DNA of 64,000 nucleotides from Hormiphora californensis (Eukaryota; Animalia; Ctenophora). Positions 33,987 through 46,739 of the stretch are shown here, in pieces. Position 1 is the first letter of the stretch, and every line of letters begins with the position of its first letter. The stretch is from assembly GCA_020137815.1 (NCBI GenBank), contig CM035355.1:1240001-1304000 (forward strand), given 5' to 3'. The notes beneath the pieces are model-generated. The model was not told the DNA's origin and made no database searches. It worked only from the letters and a program-made list of their open reading frames with translations. Made by a program: the position numbers and the translations under genes.

Positions 33987-35069
33987 TATTGCATTATGTT
34001 TTAAGAATCCGTCAAAAACGTGCACACTAGGGGTCTGCAGTGCATGCCATCATGAAGACATAAAGAAAAAATCCAAGGAAAAGGATAATAAAAGTTTTTT
34101 TGGAGGGAAGATGTTTAAATTATAGATGAAAATTAATTTTACTGTCATGTAGTAATGAATTAAAGGATTCTAAAAACTGTCCGGATTATTCCTTGTCATT
34201 ATATACAATAAATTATAGTCTACATCATCAGTGATTCGAGCGGTTTTTGTTCCACGAAAACCCCTGGGACTGATGAGAACAGTTTTGATAACACAGAAAG
34301 CTAAGAGAGACGGATGTATCTGATAGTGATCCCCTACCCTACTAGAAGGGTTGGATCACAAGTTTGAACTCAATATCAATATCAACAACAATTGAACTGT
34401 TGAACTAAACTTCCTTGTTTTTATTTGTAAACAGCTCCTCCTGGTGAGTAGAGCACTATCCGAGGCAAGGACAATCAGCTATCAACAACAATATTTATAA
34501 CAGAGTCAATATAGATTAAAAACATATATGACTCTACCCGCTCTTACACATACATACATATAAAAAATATATGCTGCTAGGCTGAAAGGCTAAAAATCAT
34601 CAGCAGTTACCTAAAGCGAGCTAACTATCTAAAGTAACAGAGTATTCTACTTGAACTGAGTATTCTACTTGAATTATATTGTTTCTAATATAGTATTTTC
34701 CGCCTGGATCTTCTAAGCGGAGCTTTTTTAGAGTGTTTATAAGGGCTTTTCGCTGTATGGTATCGGGAAACTCCCTATTCTCAGCACCAAGATCGCTGAA
34801 AGGAGACTCAGACTCGCCGGCCATGCTGCACGTCATCCGGAACTAACAAATTGTTACTTTGGGAGCCTCTCCACGGACACTCCAGACGAGGGCGACCAAA
34901 ACAGACCTTTGTGGACCTTTGCGGCAGGACACGGGACTCAAGGAAACCTCCGAAATTGGTTCTTTGATGGCCGATCGTGTAGAGTAGAGAAATATTATCC
35001 ATGGAGTTCGGAAATACCACACGTGGAATCCGCCCAAAGTCAAGTAAGTCAAGTCGCTCCCTAATTTGA

Positions 35070-35560
35070 TAGGAGCATATCTCCGCCATAAGGTCCCTGA
35101 TGTTGTCGTGTCGGAGGATGGAATACCAACCGGTGGAACAGGACAAGGTATGGTCCGCATTGTTTGGCCTTTATTTAACTAATAATGGAACTTTTGTACT
35201 GTAAAATAAAGTCAGCTTTAAATGTGTGTTCTTGAGAGGTGGTCATGTTTTTGTTGATAGCCTTAATTATTTTTCAAGTTTCAAGTTTCACATGTCGAGC
35301 CCAAATTTCAAGTTCAAACCCATACCGCAGTGCCACTGATATGAGTCGACGAATTCCAATTGATTCAGTTCGAAGCCCAGGTGAGGGTAGGGTGTTGCCG
35401 TGAGCCATCCAGATGCTCCGGCCTCTCCAGCAAGCTCAAGACATCTCACTAGCTTTGGACATGCGATTCTAGAATCTAGTGAGTATCTCTTTGAGAGTGT
35501 CTGAGTGGTGTTCCTCATTCTCCTTCGCAATCTTTTTCCTTGCCTCTTTCGCACTTTTCT
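35070..35560 (-). mobile_element. Decayed CRE-like (RLE-type) non-LTR retrotransposon fragment
   Basis: Fragments LAGEAGASGWLTATPYPHLGFELNQLEF and SCSTGWYSILRHDNIRDLMA resemble the post-RT/CCHC region of RLE-encoding LINEs. Confidence 0.6.
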
Positions 35561-35697
35561 CCACTAGAGCCATTTCTTTCTATTTCTTCTTTATTACGGC
35601 ATAGTATCAAATCAACAAGGGGCTCCGTTGACCGTTAATGCTCTTGTGATCCGCACGTTCTGAGCTGTGATTGGTGGGCGTGACTTGAATGTGCATG

Positions 35698-36674
35698 ACT
35701 AGAACATTTCCGAAGTAAAGCAGGGGCGAAGCAAGGCTGGATCCTGTGGGTCCAGGACCCACTTTTTGGACGAGAGAGGAGAAGAAAATGAGAAAACTTG
35801 CTAAAAAGTGAAAATATCGGCAAAAACAACCAAAAAAAGTGAAAAAATGATTTTTTTTTGGGAAAGCCGGGTTGACCGGTTCAACTTTATCCATATAATA
35901 ATTTCCAAAATGTTAGTCCGATAATTGTTTTCTCCCTACTCCTCCTACAGTTTTTGAGCTAGACCCCTGAAAATTTGTACACTGGTACTTTGGACCAAGG
36001 CGGGTGTAAGTACGGGCTCAGATTTTTGATCCGATTTTTACAACAGTGACGTCACGGGGTGACGTCATTGCGACAAAAAGACTTACATTTTTCAAACGCT
36101 TCTAAGACCCTGAAAACGGCTCTAAATCAAAAAACTAACGCAATAGTGGGGAAAGAGAATCGTTTGAACTTCATTTTACCAGATAGCGATTTCCCGTAAC
36201 TCAATGTTTAAGGGTCGTAAATCGCGTCGGGAAAGTTAAAAATGCCAAAAATGCGATATTTTTCACCGTAGCCACCCAAAATCTTATCCAATCGATATGA
36301 AACTTGGTGGGTATGTGAATTTTAATGTCCTTTGGCCAGGGGTTCCCGGAAAACGGATTGGCAAGATGAGAACTGACCGGAGTTCTTATAATTCACGAAT
36401 TTGGAATTTTTCGTATACTTTTTTTGCGACATAAAACGCGAGGAAATTTTCAATGAATTTTAAAATTTTACACTGCGCGCGTAATTTTAGGTTCCGCGCG
36501 GCGTAAAAAAGCAGGGCTTTTTGGGAAAATTCGCGCGTTACAGTAAATGATTTACCCGCCTCGCCGTTTTTTCAAAAACCCAATGTGTATGATAGTAGGA
36601 GCGGTTAGATCACCACGTGGTTAAAATCGCGTGCCACCCCTTTTTGTGGATTGTCATAGCTCGGGTACTCTAGT
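35698..36674. mobile_element. Probable non-autonomous element with ACTAGA...TCTAGT ends (Helitron-like?)
   Basis: CpG-rich non-coding block bounded by ACTAGA and TCTAGT; family assignment is a guess. Confidence 0.3.
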
Positions 36675-36754
36675 ATAAGAAATAATTAATAAATCAGGTT
36701 ACACAATCACTATATACACATTAAGTTGGTCATTAGGACTATAAAAGTAATATG

Positions 36755-37015
36755 TTAGATTATAAGGTTAAAATCATTGTCATAAGAATTAAATCGGGTA
36801 AAACAGTTTCCTCTGTACCCCCTTATTGATATCAGTATAGTCTTCAGCAGACAAAATGAAAGGCGGAGCCGGATATAGCGGATGGAGTCGCTGTAGGTGT
36901 GGCCTGTTTTGTTGGATAGAAGGGTTGCGGCCCGTTTGTAAAAAACTTCCGCTTTAGGACCCATCAGGCCTGTAGTAGAGAACACAAGCGGCATGAAAGT
37001 CGCCTTTTCTACCTG
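36755..37015 (-). mobile_element. CRE-like non-LTR retrotransposon C-terminus (restriction-like endonuclease tail)
   Basis: FMPLVFSTTGLMGPKAEVFYKR...YSDSIRYIRLRLSFCLLKTILISIRGYR matches the typical FxPLVFSxxG...RxRLSF...RGxR terminus. Confidence 0.7.
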
Positions 37016-37203
37016 TATTACACGGCGCGGTAGTGAAAAAATGAGCCGATTTTCAATTGAAAAAACGAATGCGCGCGAGAAAAAACTTATGCGGCAGCGC
37101 TGGGTCCAGACCCACTTCGCGCGTTACATTTTCTGCAGCGCTGGACCCAAATTTTTTTTCGTGACTGAACGCCTCATGAAGCACTGAAACAGCTGAAAAT
37201 GGG

Positions 37204-38952
37204 CCAGCGTTAAAATCTGGGTGTTTCGTTGGAATGCGCTGCAGCCCCCTCATGCGCGCACCCCCGCAATATATTATATTATAAGGGGCCTGCAACGTAT
37301 GCCAAGGTGTTTCGTGAGTGCTGACAAACGGTTTTCTAGGGTAAGGGCTAAAGTGGGGTTAGGGTTAGGGCTGGGGTTTGGGTTGGGGTTAGGCCTTGAC
37401 ATTTCCTACCAGATAAACTTTGAATTAGCCAAAACGGTTGAGTGGTTTGGCGGTAGGCGGTAAATGTTAACCAGATCTGAGAGAATGAGTACGTGCACAC
37501 CCGCGCGAACATCACAAGTTTGTGTCCCGCGCGTTACGTCGATCACCTATCCACCACAAGACTTCGGATTCTGTACTGGTACATGTAAATATGTAATGTA
37601 CTACAAGTTTGTACCACAAGTTCAAAACACATGATTTATCATCTTTTAATTAATGTGAAATGTGAAATAAAAACTAATCCGTTGACTTGGACATCTTCGC
37701 CAGTAGCAGATTTTTTAAGTTAGTGAAACCTCGCTCCAGCTCCTCTACGTCAGCTGCATTCATGTTAACTGCCGAGTCCTCCAGAAGGTAGGCCGATATG
37801 GCATTCCATTCTGCCCGAAGGTTGGCTATCCGGTCGACTGGACGCAGCTGGCTTGGTGCAGGCTCGGCTGGCTGAGGCACCTCGTCATCTTGATCCACCT
37901 CCTCGAAGTCGGGCGCTACCAGCGTTGGCCACGTTCCGGGATTTGATCCCTCCTTGGAGAAGAAGGGAATCGCCTGATAGTCCTTTGGAAGGTCCCCCTA
38001 GGTGATGTGCCCGTCCTCGATTAGCCGAAACATGTGACGGCAGGGAAACCCGGACTGGAGGAAGGACCTACAAGTGCAGTTGGGGTGGAGGAGATTCACG
38101 AAGTAGCGTTTTCCGATGTGGTCCACGACAAACAGGTTATCCCGGCGTTTGGTTACAGCAGGAGGATCTGAAAGTGTTGTAGTGTGTGAGAACTGAGGGA
38201 CAGTGAATTAGATTAGTAATTTAGTGAATCAGTTTAGTAAATGTAAAGGGTTTACGAACCGGTGCCACGGAAGCATTTCATCTCTGTCACGTAGTGCGCC
38301 CACAAAACGGGAGGAGACTCAACAAGGAATGAAGGGACACGGGGTCCTTTGAATCAGCCAAAACGGTTGAGTGGTTTGGCGGTTAGAGTCATTTTAGTGA
38401 ATCAACTTTTTTGGCAGCGTGCACCTGTAAACAGGCCACCAAACACCCAGATCGTAACGGCGCCCCTGAAAATGAGGCGCCTCATGAGACAAACGGACAC
38501 GTTCTTCCGACCAAAAATCCGACAGTGGGGTTGAGGGCTGAATTGGCATGCGCTGCAGACCCCAAGTGTGCACGTTTCCCACGGCTTTCAGGGTCAGCGT
38601 AGGCCAAAGGGCTGAATATAAGGGGCGCCGTTACGATCTGGGTGTTTCGCCGCGGTGTGTGGGAAAACCGTAAGGGCTTCCACTACAACCGTTTTGGCTA
38701 ATTCAAAGTTTATCTGGTAGGAAATGTCAAGGCCTAAAGTCGGATTTTTTGAAGTTGTCACCCCCCTTTTCGTGCGCGGAATGTTTTTGCGTGTCACATC
38801 ACATGTTAACGTGTGGTGTGCGCGTCAAAATTGATAAATTTCACATGCGCGGTCATTTTGGGGTGACAACTTCAAAAAATCCGACTTTAACCCTACTTTA
38901 GCCCTAACCCTAAAAAACCAGCACTCACGAAACACCCAGATTTTAACGCTGG
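37204..38952 (-). mobile_element. MULE/Mutator-derived element with long inverted arms and a SWIM-finger transposase remnant
   Basis: Inverted arms CCAGCGTTAAAATCTGGGTGTTTCGT and GGCCTTGACATTTCCTACCAGATAAACTTTGAATTAGCC. Minus-strand 38167-37674 reads CTCRSFLQSGFPCRHM...IT*GDLPKDY, a SWIM CxC..CxH motif with TAG at a likely conserved W. TSD not found. Confidence 0.7.
38737..38887. mobile_element. MITE (TIR AAGTCGGATTTTTTGAAGTTGTCACCCC) nested in the right arm of the MULE relic
   Basis: Perfect inverted ends, TA flanks; it interrupts the mirror copy of the 37340-37440 arm. Confidence 0.8.
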
Positions 38953-39090
38953 CGGAGCAATTATACAAGTCAGAATATTAAAAATTTAAAAAATGTGTTA
39001 GTAAAACACAAGGATTGTTTCTATCCTGTTTGGTAGTTAGGTAGTGCCCTTGTTCCCATCTGTTCGACACAGGGAGGACTCATGGTTTTA

Positions 39091-39285
39091 ACACAACGTT
39101 TCGGCGGTTGCCATAATCATATGGGAATAATACATAGCCACACCACTAATTGAACAACTTTCATCAACTACAACGTAAAAATATTTATTGAGCCGTTATG
39201 TGACAGAGTTTTTTCAATTAAGTGTTCAAGTGGTGTGGATATGTCTTATTTCCACATGATTATGGCAACCGCCGAAACGTTGTGT
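39091..39285. repeat. Inverted repeat of about 57 bp with a degenerate hammerhead-like (Penelope pLTR-type) motif
   Basis: 39091-39147 mirrors 39229-39285; core ATGATTA-TGGC-AACC-GCC-GAAACGTT. Confidence 0.55.
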
Positions 39286-39546
39286 CTCCCCCCGGAAGCA
39301 GAGCTGTCCCAACGGCCAATAAGGGCGCCACCCAACTACCATATTGATCCTGCTTATCTCATCCTTGATTTTTTCTATCCTGTTTGATAAATATTGATCA
39401 AGCAGGAATTTCCCGAGAGTAACAAAAATCTCAGTGATGGATGGGTCGATTTTGAGCGGCAAAACGGCAAAATGCTCATAGAACTAATCTCTACTACCTC
39501 CAACAAAATTGTCCAATTCTGATTCTGTCCACTCTCATTTTAAATA

Positions 39547-39717
39547 CAGTCGGACCCCGATTTAGGGGCCCCCGATTTAGTGGCACCCCTATTTAGGGAC
39601 AGGATTTTTTTCCCCGATATAGGAAATTAACCTTATTTGACCCCGATTTAGTGGACACCCCGATTTAGTCGACAAGAGCCTTTCCCCCGAGGGTGTCCCT
39701 AAATCGGGGTCCGACTG
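39547..39717. mobile_element. CAGTCGGAC-family MITE
   Basis: Same TIR family, TA flanks; near reverse complement of 62672-62843. Confidence 0.85.
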
Positions 39718-40075
39718 TAACATGAATGAGGCAACTCACAACTTTTATCTGCAGGCAGTGACTACAGATAAAAGTACTAGGCACTAGGCATAATTATTCA
39801 TTATTAAAATTTCCATAGCTGACAGAATAAGACAGGTAATTGTCTCTTGTAACTGTAAATTTAGCATTCATGGTTATTCATTTCTCACTCTCTCATTCTC
39901 TCTTTATCTATGCCGACTAAGATTCAGAAGTGTACGTGTGCGGGTACAGGGTTATGCAAAGCTATGGTGTGACGCAATGTTTTACTAAAATTTGAGATGG
40001 TCCATTTGAATATGTCTTAAAGGGGCCTAAATTAGATTTTCTTAGAGCAGACACATGCTGATTGCTGGTGATATA

Positions 40076-40153
40076 CAATCCCGACTTACCGGAACCCCGA
40101 TTTACCGGGAGTATATATACCCCCGAGTATTCCGGTAAATCGGGGTTCGACTG
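40076..40153. mobile_element. Degenerate short CAGTCGGAC-family MITE
   Basis: caatcccgacttaccgg ... ccggtaaatcggggttcgactg, TA flanks. Confidence 0.65.
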
Positions 40154-40490
40154 TAGCTTGGTGCGAAAAATTACTTGAAAATGAACAGCCTAAATTCTTC
40201 GAAGCTCATCGAGTTGAAGCGAGAGAGAGAGACGTTGAGAAAAAAAAAGAGGGAGCGGAAGAGGGAGATTATACGATAGAACTTGATGAGAGAGAAAGGG
40301 GGCCTTCCTAGAAAATTAAAGCGGGAAAGATGTAGAATCTCAAAATTATAAGTCCTCTTATAAATGTCCATATATGGCCAAAGTGTTCTAGTTAATCCAT
40401 TCTTGCTTCTTTCATTTATCATCTCGTGTTGTGCTCAATTACATCATCTTTATAACCCTCTCTGTTCGTAGCTTGTGTGTGTTCCTGCAG

Positions 40491-40936
40491 AATGAGTGGG
40501 GACAGAGGGAAAAAGAAAAAGGTAACTTTTTGTTTGCAGCGACTAGTAGTTGTGCAGCTAAACATTACAGCTGGCAGCTCCTCCCAGCTCCCTGTAGGCT
40601 GTAGCTTAACTTGCTCAGATCCTCTACTACGCGAATACTAATAAATGCTTACCATTTTTTATTTTTTCTTCTTCACAAGATGAATACAGCCCCCATTTGA
40701 AATATGATGCAATATCGTCCGGTAGACCTCCCGCCCAATTGCCTTCCTAAATTCAATCGCCCACTTGATCATTCTAGACCATATTCGAAAATTGGGGTCG
40801 TGAAGCTACCAGATAACTCCCTAGCTTGCTGATTGCTCTCACTCTAACATATTTTGATACCTTCTCCCCTTTCTCCACAGTGTCAGAGTACAGTGAACTG
40901 CTGCTCTAGTAAAGTTGACGTTGTTGGACCGCACAG
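40491..40936 (+). CDS. Possible first exons of an unidentified gene (MSGDRGKKKK | CQSTVNCCSSKVDVVGPH)
   Basis: Two AG/GT-bounded, phase-compatible small exons at 40491-40521 and 40881-40936; no recognisable domain. Confidence 0.3.
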
Positions 40937-40989
40937 GTGAGAATCATGTCTAATTATTGAATCATATCATCTAATAGATAAAGGTATTA

Positions 40990-41081
40990 CAGTCGGACCC
41001 CGATTGACCGGGATGCTTGGCAGAAAGGGTTTTGCCCGGTAAATCGGGGTGCCCGGTATATCGGCCATCGGGGTCTGACTG
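40990..41081. mobile_element. Short CAGTCGGAC-family MITE
   Basis: Same TIR family, TA flanks. Confidence 0.75.
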
Positions 41082-41109
41082 TACTAGGAAACATTTGACT
41101 AGGAAACAT

Positions 41110-41332
41110 TTGACAAGATACCTAAAACTTTTCTTGTATCTCATTTTTTCGATTTATCAGGAGCATTTTTCAGATTTTTTGTTGTGTAGAAAAATATTCA
41201 AAACATGGCCCCTTCCAGCGCCACGCCGCACTTATTTAAAGTATATTCCAGTGTAGATAAGATGTAAAATGCTTAAAACTCCTGATAAATCGAAAAAATA
41301 AGATAGAAGAAAAGTTTTAGGTATCTTGTCAA
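41110..41332. mobile_element. Small inverted-repeat element (MITE-like)
   Basis: TTGACAAGATACCTAAAACTTTTCT...TTTTCGATTTATCAGGAG is mirrored at 41278-41332. Confidence 0.7.
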
Positions 41333-41438
41333 CCTTTAACCTACAAATAATAACTTCCTACTTCTTATCGATTTTGTTTGATTATCTGAGCTCCTGATCT
41401 GCACCGTTTGTAACGGTGATTTTTGTACACACTCTGCT

Positions 41439-42407
41439 TTGATGGAGAAGCACAGCAATGCTTTCACACAATGGTGTGAGAGTAATGGACTGACAGATGA
41501 AGCATGTCCCTCAGCGAGTGTGATGAAGGCAGTAGAGTGTCTGCTAAATGATGCTGCGTGCCAGAGCCACGGTAACAATTTTGATTCATCAAGAGTTACT
41601 GCAGCTAAACTCAACACGAAGAATAAGCCTGAGTTGATAAATATGATCCAGAATTATGCTTGGTTTTGTCACATGGTGGTCCTGCCATATGTTGTGGAAG
41701 TGGACGCTAAGTTGTTCAAAGATACGACACAAAAGCTGGAGGAAACAGAGAACAAGCTGGAAGAGGTCACAGGGAAGATCAACTCCATGCAAGAGACCGT
41801 TATTAAGTCTCAGGAAGCGTTGTTATCTTGTCAAGAGACGGTGATAACTCTCCAGGGCTCTCTCCTCTCTGAGAAGAGCAAGAAGATTGAAGAGACGATG
41901 TCTTCTGTCAAAGAAGAACTGAAGGGCTATGCAGCAGTTGTGAAGAAGAGCTGCACTGCCTCGCTTGCTCCTAGGAAGCTACAAGCAGCCATGGTGAAGG
42001 CGTCCAGTGTGGAGGACAGGTCCAGCAACCTGATTTTCTACGGGTTGGAGGAGTCTGTTGGAGAGGAGAAGACTGAGGATGTTGTTCTGAATGTTTTGGA
42101 ACACACAAACGAGAAGCCGAAACTGGTAAGCTGTAGGAGGCTTGGCGAGAAGAAGGAAGGGAAGAAGCGGCCTGTCAAGGTGGTACTTCACAACCGAGAT
42201 ATGGTACGCTCCATTCTGGCAAGGTCTGGGATGCTGAGGGAAGTGGAGGGAATGGAAGATGTTTACATTTGTCCAGATAGGACTGTTGAAGAGAGAAGTG
42301 AGAGAAAGAGACTCGTTTCTAAGTTGAAGCAGCAGAGAGAGACTGAGCCACACGTTAAGTGGGGTATTGTGAGAGGTAGTGTGATTAGAAGAGATGAGAA
42401 AAAATGA
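41439..42407 (+). CDS. Intact LINE ORF1-like protein (coiled coil plus RRM-like/L1-Tnp22-like fold), with no ORF2
   Basis: 322-aa open frame with a heptad region followed by DRSSNLIFYGLEE, CRRLGEKKEGKKRPVKV and VYICPDRTVEERSERKRLV, hallmarks of CR1/L2-group ORF1 proteins. Confidence 0.75.
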   Translation: MMEKHSNAFTQWCESNGLTDEACPSASVMKAVECLLNDAACQSHGNNFDSSRVTAAKLNTKNKPELINMIQNYAWFCHMVVLPYVVEVDAKLFKDTTQKLEETENKLEEVTGKINSMQETVIKSQEALLSCQETVITLQGSLLSEKSKKIEETMSSVKEELKGYAAVVKKSCTASLAPRKLQAAMVKASSVEDRSSNLIFYGLEESVGEEKTEDVVLNVLEHTNEKPKLVSCRRLGEKKEGKKRPVKVVLHNRDMVRSILARSGMLREVEGMEDVYICPDRTVEERSERKRLVSKLKQQRETEPHVKWGIVRGSVIRRDEKK

Positions 42408-42914
42408 GACAGACAATTCATATTAATTTCTATACAATATTATTTGATTTAGAGTGTTTCCGCGGTGTAAGCGCTCATTCGGTGAGCCTGCCTCGTTCTT
42501 GTGGGTACATGATATTGTTTCAGTATTCATTTGAACGTTCAAAATCAAAATCAAATGAATAATACAGTCCCGTAAAAATAATATCTGCGATACTTAAAAT
42601 GAACACGGACGTACGCTTGTAGTATTCGAGATGCTTTTCTTGTGCGAAAAAAAATAATATCATGAATACAAATATGTTTTACAATTTCTGCGGTGCTCGT
42701 TTCTGTGCGTTTGAACCACTTTACAAATTAAATGATGCGAAATATTGAAAGATAGAGAGAAAGTAGGGAACTAGTTCCGTATAAAAGTCAATTGTTGAAT
42801 AGCAGCTCCACATGTAGTTGTAGTTTGCCATTCTTATTACAGTGTGTATTAGCAGGTGTGCATCGGGTCTGCTACCCACTGGATGAGGGAGAACGAGAGA
42901 GTTAGAGAGAGAGC

Positions 42915-43000
<86 letters not shown>

Positions 43001-43749
43001 CGAGAGAGAGAGAGAGAGAGAGACAGAGAGAGAGAGGGAGAGAGAGAGAGGTAAAATGTTCCTTTGTTGTTCGTGATGTGACAAGCTGCTCTTTCATCAT
43101 ACAGCGTGTCTCCCCCCCTCTAAAATTGTTGCGGATCACCCCCTCCCACTCTGTTGCAACATCGTTGTAACGGCTCTACCCTCGTACTCCGCTTTGTTAA
43201 ATTGCTCTTAAAGATCGAGGCATTGTCTAACTTTTTGTCTTTTCTTAGCTTGGTACAAATAGGTAACTTGTAGATACCTCTACCACCGAGCTAACTTTTA
43301 ACTTATTTGTTCTATACGGGGTATAATTAATAATTATACCAGTCACTCTGCTTCACCAGTAGGCAACAAATCCTACCTCCTGAGCCTCCTCTGGGGTCCA
43401 GAGATATATGCATGTGTAATATGTGTAGTCTAATGTTGGTGTTTTATTTACAAGTTATGTTGGTGTTTTATTTACAGGGCAGAGGGGCGTGGTCCAGGCG
43501 GATAATGTTTTCTTTTGTTGTTTTCTCTCTTCGCTTTCTCGCGCTGTAATATATCACTCACTCCTCTATCACCCGCTTCGGCTCCCAGAAAGCTATTCAA
43601 CTCCAACCACACATTTTTCTGTGCGGCCCCTGACACACGATGAATGGTCTGCTAAGCTCTCTATCTATGAAGTACCTTTACAGCTTTTGAATGGTCCTTC
43701 TGCATGGAGTGTAAGCTGTGCCAGCTTGGACTAGTATTTCATTTGATGT

Positions 43750-43990
43750 AGAGACGATACTTGACTGTGACTGCGCTGACGACATAGCGGTTATGGGGCT
43801 CCAGAAATCCACTGACTTATTCTACAAGTTTTCTGAGTAGGTACTCAGGGCTGAAGGTAAATGCCAAGAAGACCGAGGCCATGGCTATTCTAATCCGAGT
43901 GTACAGACTCCGCCTGTAGTCAATCTTACTATTATAGGGGATACAGAAATCGGTCAGGTCAGAGATTTCACCTACCTGGGTTCATGTTTA
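43750..43990 (+). mobile_element. Decayed RTE-like reverse transcriptase fragment
   Basis: Broken frames give DCADDIAVM, GLKVNAKKTEAM and EIGQVRDFTYLGS. Confidence 0.7.
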
Positions 43991-44043
43991 GTAGTATGAT
44001 GAAATCTGAGTACTACCCGCATCCTCCATATCCTTAAATCAAT

Positions 44044-44260
44044 AGTGTTTACGCAATGTTTACGCAGTGTTTACGCAGTGAATACAGAGCGAATACGCAG
44101 TGAATACAGAGTGAATACGCAGTGAATACATAGCGAATACGCAAGTAATATGCAGTGAATACGCCGTGGTTCCAAAGTGAATACGCAGCGAATACGCAGT
44201 GAATACGCAATCATTGGGGATATCCTACCAGAACTGGTTATGCAGTGTTTACGCAGTGTT
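44044..44260. repeat. 11-bp minisatellite (GTGAATACGCA / GTGTTTACGCA)
   Basis: Directly visible tandem units. Confidence 0.85.
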
Positions 44261-45119
44261 TCTTCTAGAATTGGGAAATGGGAAAGAATCCACCAGACCT
44301 GTCTCCGCCGAATCTTAAAGATCAGACCGTGACGAGTAGCGGTGCTTTTTAAGATATATCCCGACACAGGCCACTCTAACGATTAAGGAGAACCCATATA
44401 AACTCCCCGTTCTTTTGAACTGGCGGTTCGGGTGATCGCGAGCAGCAATGGGAGCATAGAACGGCGCCCTACGTCAAGTTTCTCTTACATACCCAGTCTT
44501 ACTCTCTGTCTCTCTGTAAAGATGCAGTGTTGGATGTGTGAAACTGATAACAATAAATACATGGGGCATTAAAGAGAGGCTTTCTTTTCTCCCAGAATTT
44601 TAATTTCAATCACTGATATTTTGTCACAATATGGGTACTCATTTGAGGAATCGGGAGTTTCAGCCCTCTGGATAAAAGTTCACTTTTTTCGCCCGAATGA
44701 ACATTTTGGTACCAAATATTTACAATTTTGTTTGGCTATCGGTTTTCTTTCAAACGCGACCAGTTTGAACTTAATTGGATCACCACAAAAATCACAGTGA
44801 CCTGTGGTCACTTGACCAGACCTAGTGTCGGAAAAGTGGCCACTGCATATCTCTTGTGGTGGTCTAATTGATCTAAAATAAGTCGCGTTTGAAAGGAAAT
44901 CGTTACCCAAAGGCGACTGTGAAATTCCGGTTTGGAATAGCCTTCCTGTTTTCAAGATCGTTTATTAGTTGTGTTGGAGTGGTCTTGGTAAGACCTTTCC
45001 AACGCTACCAAAAATATTTCTGTGTCTTATCAGGAACCGGAGATATCACAGTAGACCCCTAGACCCCTTTGATTCAGACCTACCCTAAATTATCTGTCGA
45101 AGTTCTGCCGTACTTCCTT

Positions 45120-45334
<215 letters not shown>

Positions 45335-45571
45335 GTCTCTCTATCTATCTCTCTATCTCTCTATCTCTCGCTGGTATACCCCGGTATACCGTGTATTAGT
45401 TGCAATCTAGTTCTCTGCTCGATTTTTGGGGCTTTATCCTTCATTAATTACAAGGTGCTGCTTCTGTGAGAGACCGAGAGTGGGAGAGAGATCAGAGATG
45501 TAGAGAGAAAAAGAGGGAGATTGAGAGAGAGAGAGAGGGGGAGAGAGAGAGAGAGAGAGGGGGGAGAGAGA

Positions 45572-45639
<68 letters not shown>

Positions 45640-46353
45640 ATGCTGATGTGAGAATTGCGATCTAAAAAAGAAAGAGGGTGCTTTCGGATGCGATGTCCAT
45701 ACTACCAATGAGAATATTGAGAATAATGAGATGGATAGGGAGACAGAGAGATAAAAGAGAGAGTGTGAGAGAGATAAACGCTTGAGGTTTCTAGACCTAT
45801 GTGATTGTGTGGGGGAAGGTGGTAGAAAAAAGCAATCTGCAGATATGGTGCGCGATTGTTTTGATTCTTCCTTCAAATTTGTTGCTGTCTTGACTCTGAT
45901 CATATCTCAAAAACATTGGGTTTGCGTCAAGGCCCCTCCCCTTTTCGCAAGATGACACTCCTTACACTTGTTATGTTCTAACCCTCCCTTTACACAGTCT
46001 AGCCAGGCAAACACCTCCCATGCTGAGTTGCCACCTCGTCGAGTGTTTGTATCTGCTTATTATAGATTCACCCAAAACAAACACTGCCACAATCGTCACA
46101 CATTTATTGTTTGTCGTGTTAGGCGTATTTTTATTCCTAGAGGCCATGCCTCAGATCGCAAACTTTTAATGGATAATAAAGATAATAGAGATCTCTGCAT
46201 TAAAATACTTTGGAGAACGTGTGAGGAATGCCTTATCCTTTGTTAGAGTTTTGTTCTACCTACATCTTTTGTATTTCCCCACTTTATCACGCCAGGCCGT
46301 GGACCTACTCTGATTCAGTGTGTATACTGTCTCTACAAATTGGGACAATGCTC

Positions 46354-46472
<119 letters not shown>

Positions 46473-46739
46473 TAATTCATCCTCTTTAATATTTTCTTGT
46501 TGGACCTCCTTGTAATATTGTATGGGTATAAGAATGTGGCAAGATCTTTTTGATTTTCATTTGTCCATTCGCTTGTTTATACTTGATTCTTTAAGGGAAA
46601 TAATATCTCCTTCTGGTGATCAACACACACACACACGCCCTCTGTACAACAGTTTTAATGGGGAATCTTACACATACACGGGCAGAACTCGGTTAAGGAG
46701 AGATTAATTAGTATTCTGAATAATGAGTTCAGAGCAAGA

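Noticed and set aside
37338-37394. TTAGGG-like repeats as a telomere or fusion scar
   Set aside because: Short, degenerate and part of transposon inverted arms; similar noisy motifs occur at about 54736-54830.
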